Position numbers and translations under genes: made by a program. From a virus: a stretch of 55,056 bases of DNA. Under the pieces are notes generated by a model that worked only from the letters and a program-made list of their open reading frames with translations, did no database searches and was not told the origin of the DNA. Location of the stretch: the UHGV virus genome UHGV-0290768. The stretch is one strand, 5' to 3'. Below, piece by piece: positions 28,905 to 38,045 of the stretch; the first letter of the stretch is position 1, and every line of letters begins with the position of its first letter.

Positions 28905-30164
28905 TCAGGCTCTGGCCAGAAGGGATTCTATTTCGGCCAGCTGTTTTGCTGTCGGCGACTTATCGCCAGGAAGGATCTTCGCGCTGTCGACCATATTGAG
29001 CGGCGTCAGGTATTTGTCCCCGCCAGCAATTGGCGGTAGATTCTCCATACGCCGGATATCGTTAGTGGATAGCCATCCCCACTGGCGGCCCAGCGCATAC
29101 GATTCATAGCGTGACTTCTGGTCGCCTCGCAGCAGCCCGGAAACGTTGAACTCGATGTACAAATCGCGGCGTTCGCTGGGCAGAAGCAGATCGCGCTGCA
29201 TCGCACCCTCATGGCGTTTCAGCCAGGCCAGCAGCGTATACATCACGAACTGCAGGCCCTGGTGCTCGATGTTGTTGTTGGTCGCTTTCGCCAGCATCTG
29301 CACCATATGTGGCGGGATTTTATAGAGCCGGCAGACCTCTTCCACGCCCCACTGCCGCGACTGTAGCAGCTGCGCCTTTTCGTTATCCTGCGACAGTTGT
29401 TTGTAGCTCATGCCCTCCTGCAGCAGTGCCACAGAGAACATATTGTGAATACCGGAATGGCGTTCGGTCCATTTCGCCAGCAGGCGATCAATAGCATCCT
29501 GGCTTTTAATGGTCGCAGCCTCTTTCGGACGCTCTATCACCCCGCTCATCGTTGTCCCGCGCCGAAATGTCGCTGCCGCATGCTCCTCAACGGCCAGATT
29601 CAGCCCCAAGACATCGGCGTTCGTCTGAATGGGGGAACTGCCGATATAGCCATCCAGAGAAAAGACCTTCACATGGTGCATCATGCGCATCGGCAGAATT
29701 TCACCGACTTCCGGGAGTTCGTAATACGGCATACCGTCCGGCCCTTTCAGCACAATGACCTTTTTCGGGTTAATGGGGATCAGCTCTTTCGGGTAGCCTT
29801 TTCCGTCCCGTTCGATGATCGAGTAGCAATTTCCCTCAAGCCCCAGCAACCCCTGCTGCTGCTCGAAATACTCGAATGAGGTGTCTTTCCTGTTGGGCTG
29901 GGAGTGAATCAGGTCATAAACCGGGTGGTCCGTCGCACGCTGGCGCCCGCCATTTTTATCCCGCCGGTAGAGTTCGCACGGCAGCTGCGCGACTGACTCC
30001 GCCAGGAGGGTGACACAGGCCCGGACCGCTGAAAGTCCAAGAGCGGTTTCCGGCGTGATTATGATGCCAGTTTTGCTCTGGCTTGAACGAACCCCGCCCA
30101 GCATGGCTTCCCAGAAGCTATTACCCGAGTATTGTCGGCCCCTGAACATCTGGGGTAGGAACAT
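28905..30164 (-). CDS. Portal protein, HK97 family
   Basis: 419 aa. HK97-portal-like sequence. Immediately downstream of the large terminase. Confidence 0.85.
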   Translation of the reverse strand: MFLPQMFRGRQYSGNSFWEAMLGGVRSSQSKTGIIITPETALGLSAVRACVTLLAESVAQLPCELYRRDKNGGRQRATDHPVYDLIHSQPNRKDTSFEYFEQQQGLLGLEGNCYSIIERDGKGYPKELIPINPKKVIVLKGPDGMPYYELPEVGEILPMRMMHHVKVFSLDGYIGSSPIQTNADVLGLNLAVEEHAAATFRRGTTMSGVIERPKEAATIKSQDAIDRLLAKWTERHSGIHNMFSVALLQEGMSYKQLSQDNEKAQLLQSRQWGVEEVCRLYKIPPHMVQMLAKATNNNIEHQGLQFVMYTLLAWLKRHEGAMQRDLLLPSERRDLYIEFNVSGLLRGDQKSRYESYALGRQWGWLSTNDIRRMENLPPIAGGDKYLTPLNMVDSAKILPGDKSPTAKQLAEIESLLARA

Positions 30165-30343
30165 TATTCACCTCCGCCATTGCTGACGCCGGAGGAAAAG
30201 GCCCGGGTTGTCATATATGACCAGCCCAGACAAATAATCCCTCCTGTTATCAATCCCACTGATGGAGAAATAAGCCAAGCGCCTGCTGATAACAATCCAG
30301 CACCAGTGAGGCCGACAATAAAACTCAGAACTGAAATTAGCAT
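30164..30343 (-). CDS. Small membrane protein (59 aa) between terL and portal
   Basis: My own translation: MLISVLSFIVGLTGAGLLSAGAWLISPSVGLITGGIICLGWSYMTTRAFSSGVSNGGGE. The stop overlaps the portal ATG (GAATAATG). Below the 60-aa track cut-off. Confidence 0.3.
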   Translation of the reverse strand: MLISVLSFIVGLTGAGLLSAGAWLISPSVGLITGGIICLGWSYMTTRAFSSGVSNGGGE

Positions 30344-32058
30344 GCTATATCTTCCTCATCATATACGGATGTCATCACTGAACTGTTAAGCATGGCGCGC
30401 CCCAGCCCCATCATTAAACCAACCGCACCATCTATCTTGTTCTGCCGCCCTTCCTTCCCGGGACGCACAATATCGTCACTTCCGGGAAGATACTGGCCGA
30501 CAATATTGGAAATACACCAGTTCATGACAGGGTGTCCGTCATGATGGAATCTCCCCGAGATGAGCGCAGCCTCAATCTCTCTCATAGGATCACTCATATG
30601 GGTAAAATTTTGTCTTATCTCGACAGGCTCAAGCCCCTCTTCCTCGAGCATGTGACGTAATGAAGTCGCGCCATAAGGGTCAATGGGGCATTGGGCAATT
30701 TTTACGGTATTCCGCAATTTCAGGATCGTTTCAAATATCAGTCTGTAATCAACTTCACCGCCATCGGTCGGGATCAACTTCCCCTGCCGGACAAAGGACT
30801 GATAACGTTCTGCGGTACTCTTCAGCGCGGTCTCCTGCGAGTAAATGGTTTCTTCCGGTGCCCAGAACAGAGGAGAAACACAGTAAAAATGTGTTATTCC
30901 GTCTATTTCACGACGAAAAACCGGAACCACGGCATTGAGGTCAACTTTCGAGGCCAGATCGATACCCAGCCAGCATTCCTCCCCTTCAAGATCTGACAAC
31001 TTAAGGGTTTTATCGGCCGCATCCATCCATTTTCTCAGGTCGTAATAAGCTGATTTTGCACTTACCCAGCGATTGAAATGTTTGGTCAGAATCTTGTTTG
31101 TCTGCCCGGGCGTCGACATACCCAATAATTGTTTCGCCCGGAGAAAATCTGCTTTTACCGAAATGCCATAGTTGGGGTTTGCCTTGATTAATGCCTCAGG
31201 AGTCGTCCAGTCATCATCATCATCAAGGCCATAAATCAGCCCAAATATGGTTTCATTTTCCTCGCCATTACGGGTTCTCCGCAGGATCTCGACAACCTGA
31301 GTACGCTTTTCATAGCAAGGGGATGTAATGTCATAGCCGGCGGTGGTGATGATCAGTGTCATCGGTTGTTCACGAGCCCCCATACCGGTGGTCATGGTGG
31401 TGTAAAGCGCATCAGTAGTATGTTCGTGATATTCATCAATGATGGCGCATGATGGCGAATCACCATCCCCCGGGTCACCGATCACAGGCGCAAAAACCGA
31501 ACCGTCAGGGCGCGTCATTTTTTTTGCCCAGGGTTTTATCGAGAATTTTTGCCGCAATGCCGGCAGCTTTTTCACCATTTGCAGCGCCGGAGAAAATACC
31601 TTCCATGCCTGTTTTTCAGTCGTGGCGCCGCAATAGACTTCTGCACCATGCTCGCCATCTGCACAAAACATATAATTTCCTACAGCAGCGGCAATAGCGG
31701 ATTTCCCGTTCTTTCTGGGCACCTCGATATAGATTTCAGAGAAACGACGCAGGCCTGTCTTCTTGTGTACCCATCCAAACGGTACGCCAAGAGCGAACTT
31801 CTGCCAGGCTTCAAATTCAATCCGGAGTTTACGCCGGGCCCATTCCCCTGAGGTATGAGGCATTTTCTGGGCAAAACGAAGAAATCGTTCTGCTTTGTTT
31901 TTATCGAAGCGGTAGGGCCAGTGGGGATCCTTTGCTCGTTCGAGGTCGTCCAGATGTCGCTGACAGGCAAGTATCGTTAACTGACACGCCAGAATCTTCC
32001 CGCCAACGATATCCCGCGCATACTGGTTCGCTGCATTGACGTTCGGATAGGTTGCCAT
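30337..32058 (-). CDS. terL: Terminase large subunit
   Basis: 573 aa. Walker A-like VPRKNGKS. Terminase_1-like ATPase and nuclease organisation. Adjacent to terS. Confidence 0.9.
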   Translation of the reverse strand: MATYPNVNAANQYARDIVGGKILACQLTILACQRHLDDLERAKDPHWPYRFDKNKAERFLRFAQKMPHTSGEWARRKLRIEFEAWQKFALGVPFGWVHKKTGLRRFSEIYIEVPRKNGKSAIAAAVGNYMFCADGEHGAEVYCGATTEKQAWKVFSPALQMVKKLPALRQKFSIKPWAKKMTRPDGSVFAPVIGDPGDGDSPSCAIIDEYHEHTTDALYTTMTTGMGAREQPMTLIITTAGYDITSPCYEKRTQVVEILRRTRNGEENETIFGLIYGLDDDDDWTTPEALIKANPNYGISVKADFLRAKQLLGMSTPGQTNKILTKHFNRWVSAKSAYYDLRKWMDAADKTLKLSDLEGEECWLGIDLASKVDLNAVVPVFRREIDGITHFYCVSPLFWAPEETIYSQETALKSTAERYQSFVRQGKLIPTDGGEVDYRLIFETILKLRNTVKIAQCPIDPYGATSLRHMLEEEGLEPVEIRQNFTHMSDPMREIEAALISGRFHHDGHPVMNWCISNIVGQYLPGSDDIVRPGKEGRQNKIDGAVGLMMGLGRAMLNSSVMTSVYDEEDIAC

Positions 32059-32492
32059 CAGTCAAACTCATCGAATTCATTCCCGTCATCGTCCGGATCC
32101 TTTTGTCCGCTGGTCATGCGAAGACGACTGAGCGGATCTAACCCCAACAGAGAGCCCAGGCGGGCAAGCTGGGAAACCGAGTCATTCCGGACATTAACTG
32201 CAGGGTGTTTTTTCAGCCCCCCCATTTCACTTTCTGAGGTCAGTCCGCTGGCCAGCATTTTTTCGGCTTCGAGCATCAGATGAAAAGCATTGCAGTAAGC
32301 CAGCAACAAAGGTGCGTCCTCCAGCTCAAACACCCCTCGGTCGATGAGTATTTTGCTTTGCGTCTTCCACATTCTTATTGCCGCCTCCCCCATTAACTCA
32401 GCGGGAGGCGCAATACGTGTTAATTTGCTTTTTTGCCCGGTGGGTAAAGTGGGTTTTCGGCCACCACCGGACGATCGAATTCCTCCGGCCAT
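32058..32492 (-). CDS. terS: Terminase small subunit (P27 family)
   Basis: 144 aa. P27-family-like sequence. 1-nt overlap with terL. Confidence 0.7.
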   Translation of the reverse strand: MAGGIRSSGGGRKPTLPTGQKSKLTRIAPPAELMGEAAIRMWKTQSKILIDRGVFELEDAPLLLAYCNAFHLMLEAEKMLASGLTSESEMGGLKKHPAVNVRNDSVSQLARLGSLLGLDPLSRLRMTSGQKDPDDDGNEFDEFD

Positions 32493-32586
32493 AAACGTTC
32501 CTTTGATAGATGAAACCTTCCGGAAAAAAGTTTCTTATTTCTGGCGTGTAAAAATAGACTTCAACGGGCAGTCCCGAAGCGCGAAA

Positions 32587-32619
32587 GGGGTCAGGGATTT
32601 GCTCCCCCCTCCCCCTGAC
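32587..32619. promoter_or_regulatory. Candidate cos / terminase recognition region
   Basis: GC-rich rotational symmetry GGGGTCAGGG-N15-CCCCTGAC about 100 bp upstream of terS. This is the location of cos in HK97-like phages. Confidence 0.3.
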
Positions 32620-32739
32620 TGCAGCTGCCTCAGTCGAGGTGGAGGTCGTCATTCCGGCTGCGCCGGCGGCGAACACGGTTCGCATTGCGTGGGCCGGCAT
32701 ATCTCAGACGTTCAATGAACACCAGTTGTTATACCGGGG

Positions 32740-33171
32740 TCAGGATTCTGTCGCGGTAGCGGAGCCTCCATCGGCCTGCAGTACGCTTTCTGGTAGCCGT
32801 TCATCTAATGGCTGGTTCTCGAACACCTTCATCCCAAACTGACCGATCCAGGTGCTGACTGAGTTGATGTTCCCTGCGATGAAGTCGGTCACCTCGGCGA
32901 TCAATCCTTTAACGACGACATCCGTACTCTGACGCCAGTAATTCTCAATCGCGACCAGTAACGGATCGGAACCATTACTGACAGATTGTTCACCTACGCT
33001 ATACGTTTTTTTCTTCGCGCTATCGGTGATACATCGCAGCTGGCTGGTCTGGACGGCTCCAACCTCTGCCGCAATTACCTGCATCGTCAACGTAGCCACT
33101 TTGTTCCCGTCTGCATCAGCACTGGATGCATAGAACATGGAGAGCGTCAGATCCGTGCGTTGATACATCAT
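32740..33171 (-). CDS. Hypothetical protein
   Basis: 143-aa ORF between the HNH gene and the cos/terS region. No recognisable motif. Confidence 0.4.
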   Translation of the reverse strand: MMYQRTDLTLSMFYASSADADGNKVATLTMQVIAAEVGAVQTSQLRCITDSAKKKTYSVGEQSVSNGSDPLLVAIENYWRQSTDVVVKGLIAEVTDFIAGNINSVSTWIGQFGMKVFENQPLDERLPESVLQADGGSATATES

Positions 33172-33440
33172 TGCTTACCTCCCCTACGATGGCGGGAACG
33201 ACGACCGCCTGGAAGCGGAGATTGTTGCTCCTGTACCAGCTCACCCACTAAAGGTTCCTGAGCCGACTCAGCAGCCGGTGCCGGTGCAATATCATGCGCA
33301 ATCGTCAGTTTCAGCAGTGGGCGGCCGCCCTGGACGTGCTCAAAATGGATGCCATGCACGGCTTCATTCATTCGTGACTGACCATCCGTCTCCAGAACGG
33401 TCAAAACGCCATCAACGTATTCAATTTTGAAACTCTTCAT
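33168..33440 (-). CDS. Hypothetical small protein (start at MKSFKIEY)
   Basis: ORF with 4-nt overlaps to its neighbours. Its N-terminus resembles the small ORF at 33783-33945. Confidence 0.35.
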   Translation of the reverse strand: MKSFKIEYVDGVLTVLETDGQSRMNEAVHGIHFEHVQGGRPLLKLTIAHDIAPAPAAESAQEPLVGELVQEQQSPLPGGRRSRHRRGGKQ

Positions 33441-33805
33441 CGGGTTCTCTCTGTTGCTGTTTTCTTGCTGTGGCAGGTCCAGCACAATGACTCCAGATTA
33501 AAGTCATCATCGGTACCGCCATGAGCTTTAGGAATGATGTGGTCGACACTTGAGGCTTTCGTGGCAATACCGTCTCGCCTGCAGTTCTGACAAAGGTATT
33601 TATCCCTCTTCATGATACGGGCCCGTTTAATTTCCCACGGTCGACCATAACCACGTTCCTGCCGAGTTTTTCCGGGCTGGTAGTTACGCCAGCCATCACC
33701 AGCGTGTTGCTGCCGATGCATCTCACAGTATCCCCCGACATCATTGGTCACAGTCGCGCATCCTCTGTGCCGGCAAGGTCGTTTAGCGCGTGGTGGCATA
33801 CACAT
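33437..33805 (-). CDS. HNH endonuclease (packaging-associated)
   Basis: Cys-rich N-terminus with HNH core (DHIIPKAHGGTDDDFNLESLCWTCHSKK). Typical position next to cos and terS in HK97-like phages. Confidence 0.85.
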   Translation of the reverse strand: MCMPPRAKRPCRHRGCATVTNDVGGYCEMHRQQHAGDGWRNYQPGKTRQERGYGRPWEIKRARIMKRDKYLCQNCRRDGIATKASSVDHIIPKAHGGTDDDFNLESLCWTCHSKKTATERTR

Positions 33806-33945
33806 CCTCGAGCATGAATTGAGGGAGAGTTAAAACTGAACCATTGATGGGGAACTCTGAAACTGGCAGCGATGCACATGACAAACCGTCATACTCAATC
33901 GCCACCAGCCTCCCGCCTATGGATACAATTTTTAAGCTCTTCATC
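33783..33945 (-). CDS. Small hypothetical ORF (~54 aa)
   Basis: MKSLKIVSIGGRLVAIEYDGLSCASL... read by hand. Overlaps the HNH start. Confidence 0.2.
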
Positions 33946-33964
33946 GTTTTATCTTTACGAATAA

Positions 33965-33984
33965 AAAAGCCCCGCAGATGCGAG
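33965..33984 (-). terminator. Putative rho-independent terminator
   Basis: Imperfect hairpin gccccgca-gat-gcgaggc with an A6 run upstream on the plus strand (U-run after the stem on the minus strand). Confidence 0.35.
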
Positions 33985-33998
33985 GCAATACAGACTTT

Positions 33999-34042
33999 AT
34001 CCCCATAAAGGGATAAGCAGCATTTTATCCCTTTATGGGGAT
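33999..34042. repeat. Perfect 18-bp inverted repeat with an 8-nt loop
   Basis: atccccataaagggataa-gcagcatt-ttatccctttatggggat. No flanking U-run on either strand. Confidence 0.7.
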
Positions 34043-34148
34043 GGACGTTCTCCCTGATTCGTAAATCCGCTCACAGGGCATTCCTGTTTCCCCTGATTTT
34101 TTTGTCACATATTCTCGTCCAGGATCTCCTCAAGCCATTAAACCAGCT

Positions 34149-34177
34149 AAAAAAAAGGCCGCATAGATATGCGACCT
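34149..34177 (-). terminator. Putative terminator downstream of the lysis cassette
   Basis: Hairpin ggccgcata-gat-tatgcgacc (1 mismatch) preceded by an A8 run on the plus strand. Confidence 0.45.
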
Positions 34178-34805
34178 TTGGTTAGTACCAGTTAGAAATC
34201 TAAAATCTCTCAGGAGCCACCCGGGAGAGATTTTCTGCTTGCTAAATGACCTCTGCCGTTTCGGTGTTGGCTGGCAGTGGTAACGTGAGGATAGCTTCAT
34301 TTCAGCCATCGATATCATTTAAATGGATGAATAGCTGATTAGACTAGTAATTCGCTATTCTCAAGAACATTCAAAAAGAACAACAGACGTCTGTGCTTAT
34401 TTTTTTAGCGCAATGATCCGTTAGCCACCAGTAACTAACATATTATTCGATGGTTCCTTAGACAGTGACCCATAAATCTAATTGTTTAACGTACCATTGG
34501 ATGGGCACACAAATAACCACACCATCCCCAAAGTTGACAGATTTGATAACACACCCTTGTGGCGGAAAAAATTCCGCATCAGTGTGGGGCCGGATCGAGC
34601 GCTCAATGCCGTAACGATAACCGCATGGAAGTTGTGGTAGTAAGTTTACTGTCATGAGTGGCTACTTAGTTAAGAGTGGTTTGAGATCCTATAGTGCATG
34701 ACCCCACCTGAATTAGATACAAACATTTTGATGCTGAAAGCTTGAATGTCTTGTTTTCAGATTCTTTTGTTCACTTAAGGCCACTTATTTCATGTGATAT
34801 ACCTG

Positions 34806-35012
34806 TTACTTGCTCACCGCCCGATAGTACACCTGCCAGCGATACTTATCCAAACGGAGCTGGCGTAGGCACTGAGCGGTTTCTATGTCAGACTGTAAAT
34901 CTTCATCGCTATCCTTCCCGGCGTCACTTGCTTTGCACGGCGGGCTCATCAAATCCGGGGATGGAGTTGGCAGCATCGATGGCGCGCTGGCGCAGCTGCA
35001 CAGCAGCATCAT
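34806..35012 (-). CDS. Rz1: o-spanin Rz1 (lipoprotein), embedded in Rz in the +1 frame
   Basis: [11 protein letters not shown]... lipobox. Proline-rich mature part ([11 protein letters not shown]). Lies wholly inside the Rz reading frame. Confidence 0.6.
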   Translation of the reverse strand: MMLLCSCASAPSMLPTPSPDLMSPPCKASDAGKDSDEDLQSDIETAQCLRQLRLDKYRWQVYYRAVSK

Positions 35013-35292
35013 CAAACCTGCATACAATACGATTCGGAGACTGAACATATTTCACCACGTCACGGGTTATTGTTTTGTAGATGACCTTACCCGCTTCGTT
35101 AGCAGTAGCGGCCTTTTCCTCTACAGGCTTAATGGTATTCTCGGCCTTCTCTCTCTTCTTTGAAGCCTGAGCCTTGATGTGATCAGCGTGAGAACTCCAG
35201 CCTGAGCGCCACGAAATCACGTTGGAGGCCAGCAGGATTGTTATAGCGATGATAACGGCGGTTAAGCGATTCATCTTTGCTCCCATAAACAC
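34924..35292 (-). CDS. Rz: i-spanin Rz
   Basis: N-terminal TM helix ([19 protein letters not shown]) then a charged helical periplasmic domain. Follows the endolysin. Confidence 0.7.
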   Translation of the reverse strand: MFMGAKMNRLTAVIIAITILLASNVISWRSGWSSHADHIKAQASKKREKAENTIKPVEEKAATANEAGKVIYKTITRDVVKYVQSPNRIVCRFDDAAVQLRQRAIDAANSIPGFDEPAVQSK

Positions 35293-35768
35293 ACTTCACG
35301 CTCAATTTCCCTCCGGGTAATAAGTCCTTTCCACTGCTTACCTTTGGCATAGGTCCAGCGGCGCAGCTGATCACACGCACCTTTCTGGTCACCCTGGTTG
35401 ATTTTGCGAAGCAGAGTAGAGGTCTGGAAGTTCCCGGCTCCGACGTTATAGGCGAATGAGTACAGAGCCCCACGCATTGTTTCTGGGATCGGTTTTTTGA
35501 TGTAAGGGTTGATCTGCCAGGCGACGGTATTCAGGTCTTTATTTAGTAGCGCCCGACACTCTGCCTCGGTATAGGTTTTGCCGAGCATGATGTCTTTACC
35601 TGCGTGGCCGTAGCAAACCGTCCAGACACCTACCACATCCTGATAAGGGGAGTATCGCACTCCCTCAAGCCCATCATTACCCATCGGGCCAGTGATGAGT
35701 GCAGAGGCAATCGCCAGGGCCCCGCCGCCCACCGCCGCAAGAACAGTTTTACGTAGTGTCGGAGACAT
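35271..35768 (-). CDS. R: SAR endolysin (GH24 lysozyme with an N-terminal signal-arrest-release domain), phage 21 R type
   Basis: N-terminal Gly/Ala-rich weakly hydrophobic SAR segment ([20 protein letters not shown]). Catalytic E-D-T triad context ([17 protein letters not shown]). Confidence 0.85.
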   Translation of the reverse strand: MSPTLRKTVLAAVGGGALAIASALITGPMGNDGLEGVRYSPYQDVVGVWTVCYGHAGKDIMLGKTYTEAECRALLNKDLNTVAWQINPYIKKPIPETMRGALYSFAYNVGAGNFQTSTLLRKINQGDQKGACDQLRRWTYAKGKQWKGLITRREIEREVCLWEQR

Positions 35769-35983
35769 TATTCACCTCGAGCAGCTTTTCGCCGGTCTTC
35801 TTTAATTTTGAAGTACAGATTCGTCAGGTATGTCAGCAAGCCAAATACCAGACTTCCCAGAACACCAATAGCGGCCCACTGGGATGGGGATACTTTGTCG
35901 AGCAATTGCAACATCCAGAACCCCGCGTTACCTGCGGACGTTCCGTAGGCAATACCTGTTGTTAGCTTGTCCATTCGATACAT
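35768..35983 (-). CDS. S: Pinholin, S21 family, dual-start motif M-Y-R-M
   Basis: [71 protein letters not shown] closely matches phage 21 S. SD GGAGGTGGAG. The track ORF extends upstream to 36055. Confidence 0.85.
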   Translation of the reverse strand: MYRMDKLTTGIAYGTSAGNAGFWMLQLLDKVSPSQWAAIGVLGSLVFGLLTYLTNLYFKIKEDRRKAARGE

Positions 35984-36080
35984 ACTCCACCTCCGGGTTA
36001 ACGGGGTGCTTTGTGTTTGATAAGGTTCAGGACCGGCAGGAGGAAATCTTATCAATGATGATTCCAGGTACCTGAAAATG

Positions 36081-36103
36081 AAAAAACCACCCTGAATAGG
36101 TGG
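36081..36103 (-). terminator. Weak terminator ~100 nt upstream of the holin (tR'-like position)
   Basis: 5-bp GC stem ccacc-ctgaata-ggtgg with an A6 run on the plus strand. Confidence 0.35.
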
Positions 36104-36174
36104 CTAGATAATTCAACGCGAGCTATGTGCCCGGGGATAGTGTATTGTTGCGGACCATTCATTAGGAAATATCA

Positions 36175-36346
36175 TATGCAACAACGCAAAAACTCAAAAA
36201 ACAATCGCAACTACCTCATCAAATGTACCTGCCCTAGCTGCACCAACCAATCAGAACATAGTTACACCCGAGTCCAGAAAGGCTCTGCGCTGATGTGCCC
36301 TCACTGTAGTAAGATTTTCACTCAAGACAAACTTCCCACCGCTTAG
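36175..36346 (+). CDS. Small zinc-ribbon protein (56 aa)
   Basis: MQQRKNSKNNRNYLIKCTCPSCTNQSEHSYTRVQKGSALMCPHCSKIF... with CxxC-X16-CxxC. AGGAAA SD. The track ORF starts earlier at 36125. Confidence 0.35.
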
Positions 36347-36540
36347 GCTTTACATCATCATAATCTCTGGTAATGCATCCACTGCTGCGCTCGTATAGAT
36401 TAGAGAAGTAAGCCCATTAGGCAATGCGGCCGATGAATACCTGTTAGACGGGTTTCGGCTTACTGGCAGAAAATTAACGTTCTGGCATCGGCAAGATAAA
36501 AGGCCTGCCGCAATGGAAGGCCTTTAGGGGGTTATGCAGT

Positions 36541-36656
36541 ATGTGTGGTGCCGGGTGCCTCCCGGTAAGTCTGCTCCAGTCAACAGACCCGCGTGTGTGC
36601 TCAAAGAAAAAATTGACTGGTCGCCCCACCGCACAGGGGGATTCACCACACACCCA
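36541..36656 (+). repeat. Structured ~115-nt repeat element, copy A
   Basis: Shares a 24-nt 5' module (gtgtggtgccgggtgcctcccggt) and a ~37-nt 3' module (tgactggtcgcccc.ccgca.agggggattcaccaca) with copy B. The termini are complementary (gtgtggtg / caccacac). Confidence 0.6.
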
Positions 36657-36900
36657 CATTAGCTACACGATATGCGCCTGGTCAATTCAATGTAACCAGT
36701 AAAATACATCTTTCGGAAACTGTATAACCTAGCGGGCAATAATTAATCACTGCATATTTAATCATTACAAAAACAACAATAAATTTTCATATCTGTTATC
36801 AAATTAAGAAAAAAATACTGTTAGGAATTTTCTCACTTAACTCGCACACTACGCCTCATGCGAATCACAATATCCATAGTCTTTCAGAGGATAAGCTCAC

Positions 36901-37020
36901 ATGACAACCATAATGATGCTAACGTTAGCTGTTGTTCTTCTTTTAGTTGCAGTGGGTTCACTGATGTCTTACATCAAAGAAAGACGCGGATATAAAAAAA
37001 CTTTCAAAAAAAGATATTAA
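36901..37020 (+). CDS. 39-aa hydrophobic peptide with a basic C-terminus (type I toxin-like or small membrane protein)
   Basis: MTTIMMLTLAVVLLLVAVGSLMSYIKERRGYKKTFKKRY. AGAGGA SD 9 nt upstream. Sits in the AT-rich segment between the two structured repeats. Confidence 0.35.
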   Translation: MTTIMMLTLAVVLLLVAVGSLMSYIKERRGYKKTFKKRY

Positions 37021-37303
37021 CGGTTATCCACTTTTCAAGAAGCAGGGGTAGTGATACGTAAACATTCCCCCTGTTTTTTGCTACCACCTTTGGGAACAAA
37101 GAACTGCCTTAATCTATAAGTGCTCTCGCTTGTGATGTTCAATTTACCGTTAAAGCGCTCAAGCTGTTGAGCTAAAACCGCAGTCTGGTGCGAATCTTGC
37201 GCGTATGAGATTAAACGTGAAGTACAGCACGCTGTAATCCAATTACCATGACCTGATTACTGATGTGAAAAGCCCAAGTAGTGCTTAGGCTAGATTATGA
37301 ACA

Positions 37304-37329
37304 AAAAAAACCCGCTTAGAGAAGCGGGA
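37304..37329 (-). terminator. Strong rho-independent terminator on the minus strand
   Basis: 7-bp stem cccgctt-agag-aagcggg preceded by an A8 run on the plus strand (U8 after the stem on the minus strand). Confidence 0.6.
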
Positions 37330-37495
37330 AGAAAGTTGGCAACCAAGGCTGTAACGAAAGGAAGGTGCACCTAATAGTCCGAGCTACCGATTTACCAGGA
37401 AAGCCTTCTTTTTTTACCGTTACGTTCGTTAACCATAGCCTGACAGACAAAAAGAGCAAGGCTTTTGTCATTACAGTCACTATGTTAAGGCATTA

Positions 37496-37610
37496 GTGTG
37501 GTGCCGGGTGCCTCCCGGTGAGCATGCCCCAGTCGGCATGGCCCGCGCTGCATTTACAGGTTTCTGTAACTGACTGGTCGCCCCTCCGCATAGGGGGATT
37601 CACCACATCA
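37496..37610 (+). repeat. Structured ~115-nt repeat element, copy B
   Basis: Same conserved 5' and 3' modules as copy A, with a divergent middle. Direct orientation, 955 bp from copy A. Confidence 0.6.
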
Positions 37611-38045
37611 ATAATTTATGATGCAAACAATCAAAGCGTCAATGTCAGAAATATATCTGGCGCTGGTTACCCCCACCGAACTAAACCACAGAAAGCAGCA
37701 AAGCTACTCAGTGGCCAATCTTCATGTTACTTGTACTTCAACTCCAACAGCTCAAAACAGCTATTGAGGTTGCAGAGCGTTTTCATTGACCGCACTTCCG
37801 GGTTAACAGGACGCCTGGAAAGGGATTGGCCTCAGGCTTAGCTGACAAGTCAGCCCAAGAGGTTTTAGGCTGAGCCTAAGATGCAGAGGCTCTGTCGTCT
37901 GGCTAGGTTTTGATGATTAAGCTGTGTGTCGAAGTGACCACTCTTAACAGATTACGATAGTTTTTGCGTACGCGTTAGCCTTTTTGTATTCTACACAAGG
38001 TGTAAGGTTGATGTGTCCAATGACTAATAATAACAGTGGTGTAAG

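Noticed and set aside
34130-34700. 62- and 65-aa minus-strand ORFs in the lysis-to-packaging gap
   Set aside because: They lie in an AT-rich non-coding region containing terminators, have no SD, and have low-complexity translations.
37518-37841. 107-aa plus-strand ORF
   Set aside because: It starts inside structured repeat copy B and has no SD, so it is probably an open frame through a non-coding element.
36060-38045. Looked for tRNA genes in the Q-to-S interval, where lambdoid prophages often carry them
   Set aside because: No cloverleaf-compatible 70-90-nt segment with a 7-bp acceptor stem and T-loop consensus was found. The structured repeats are ~115 nt and lack tRNA features.
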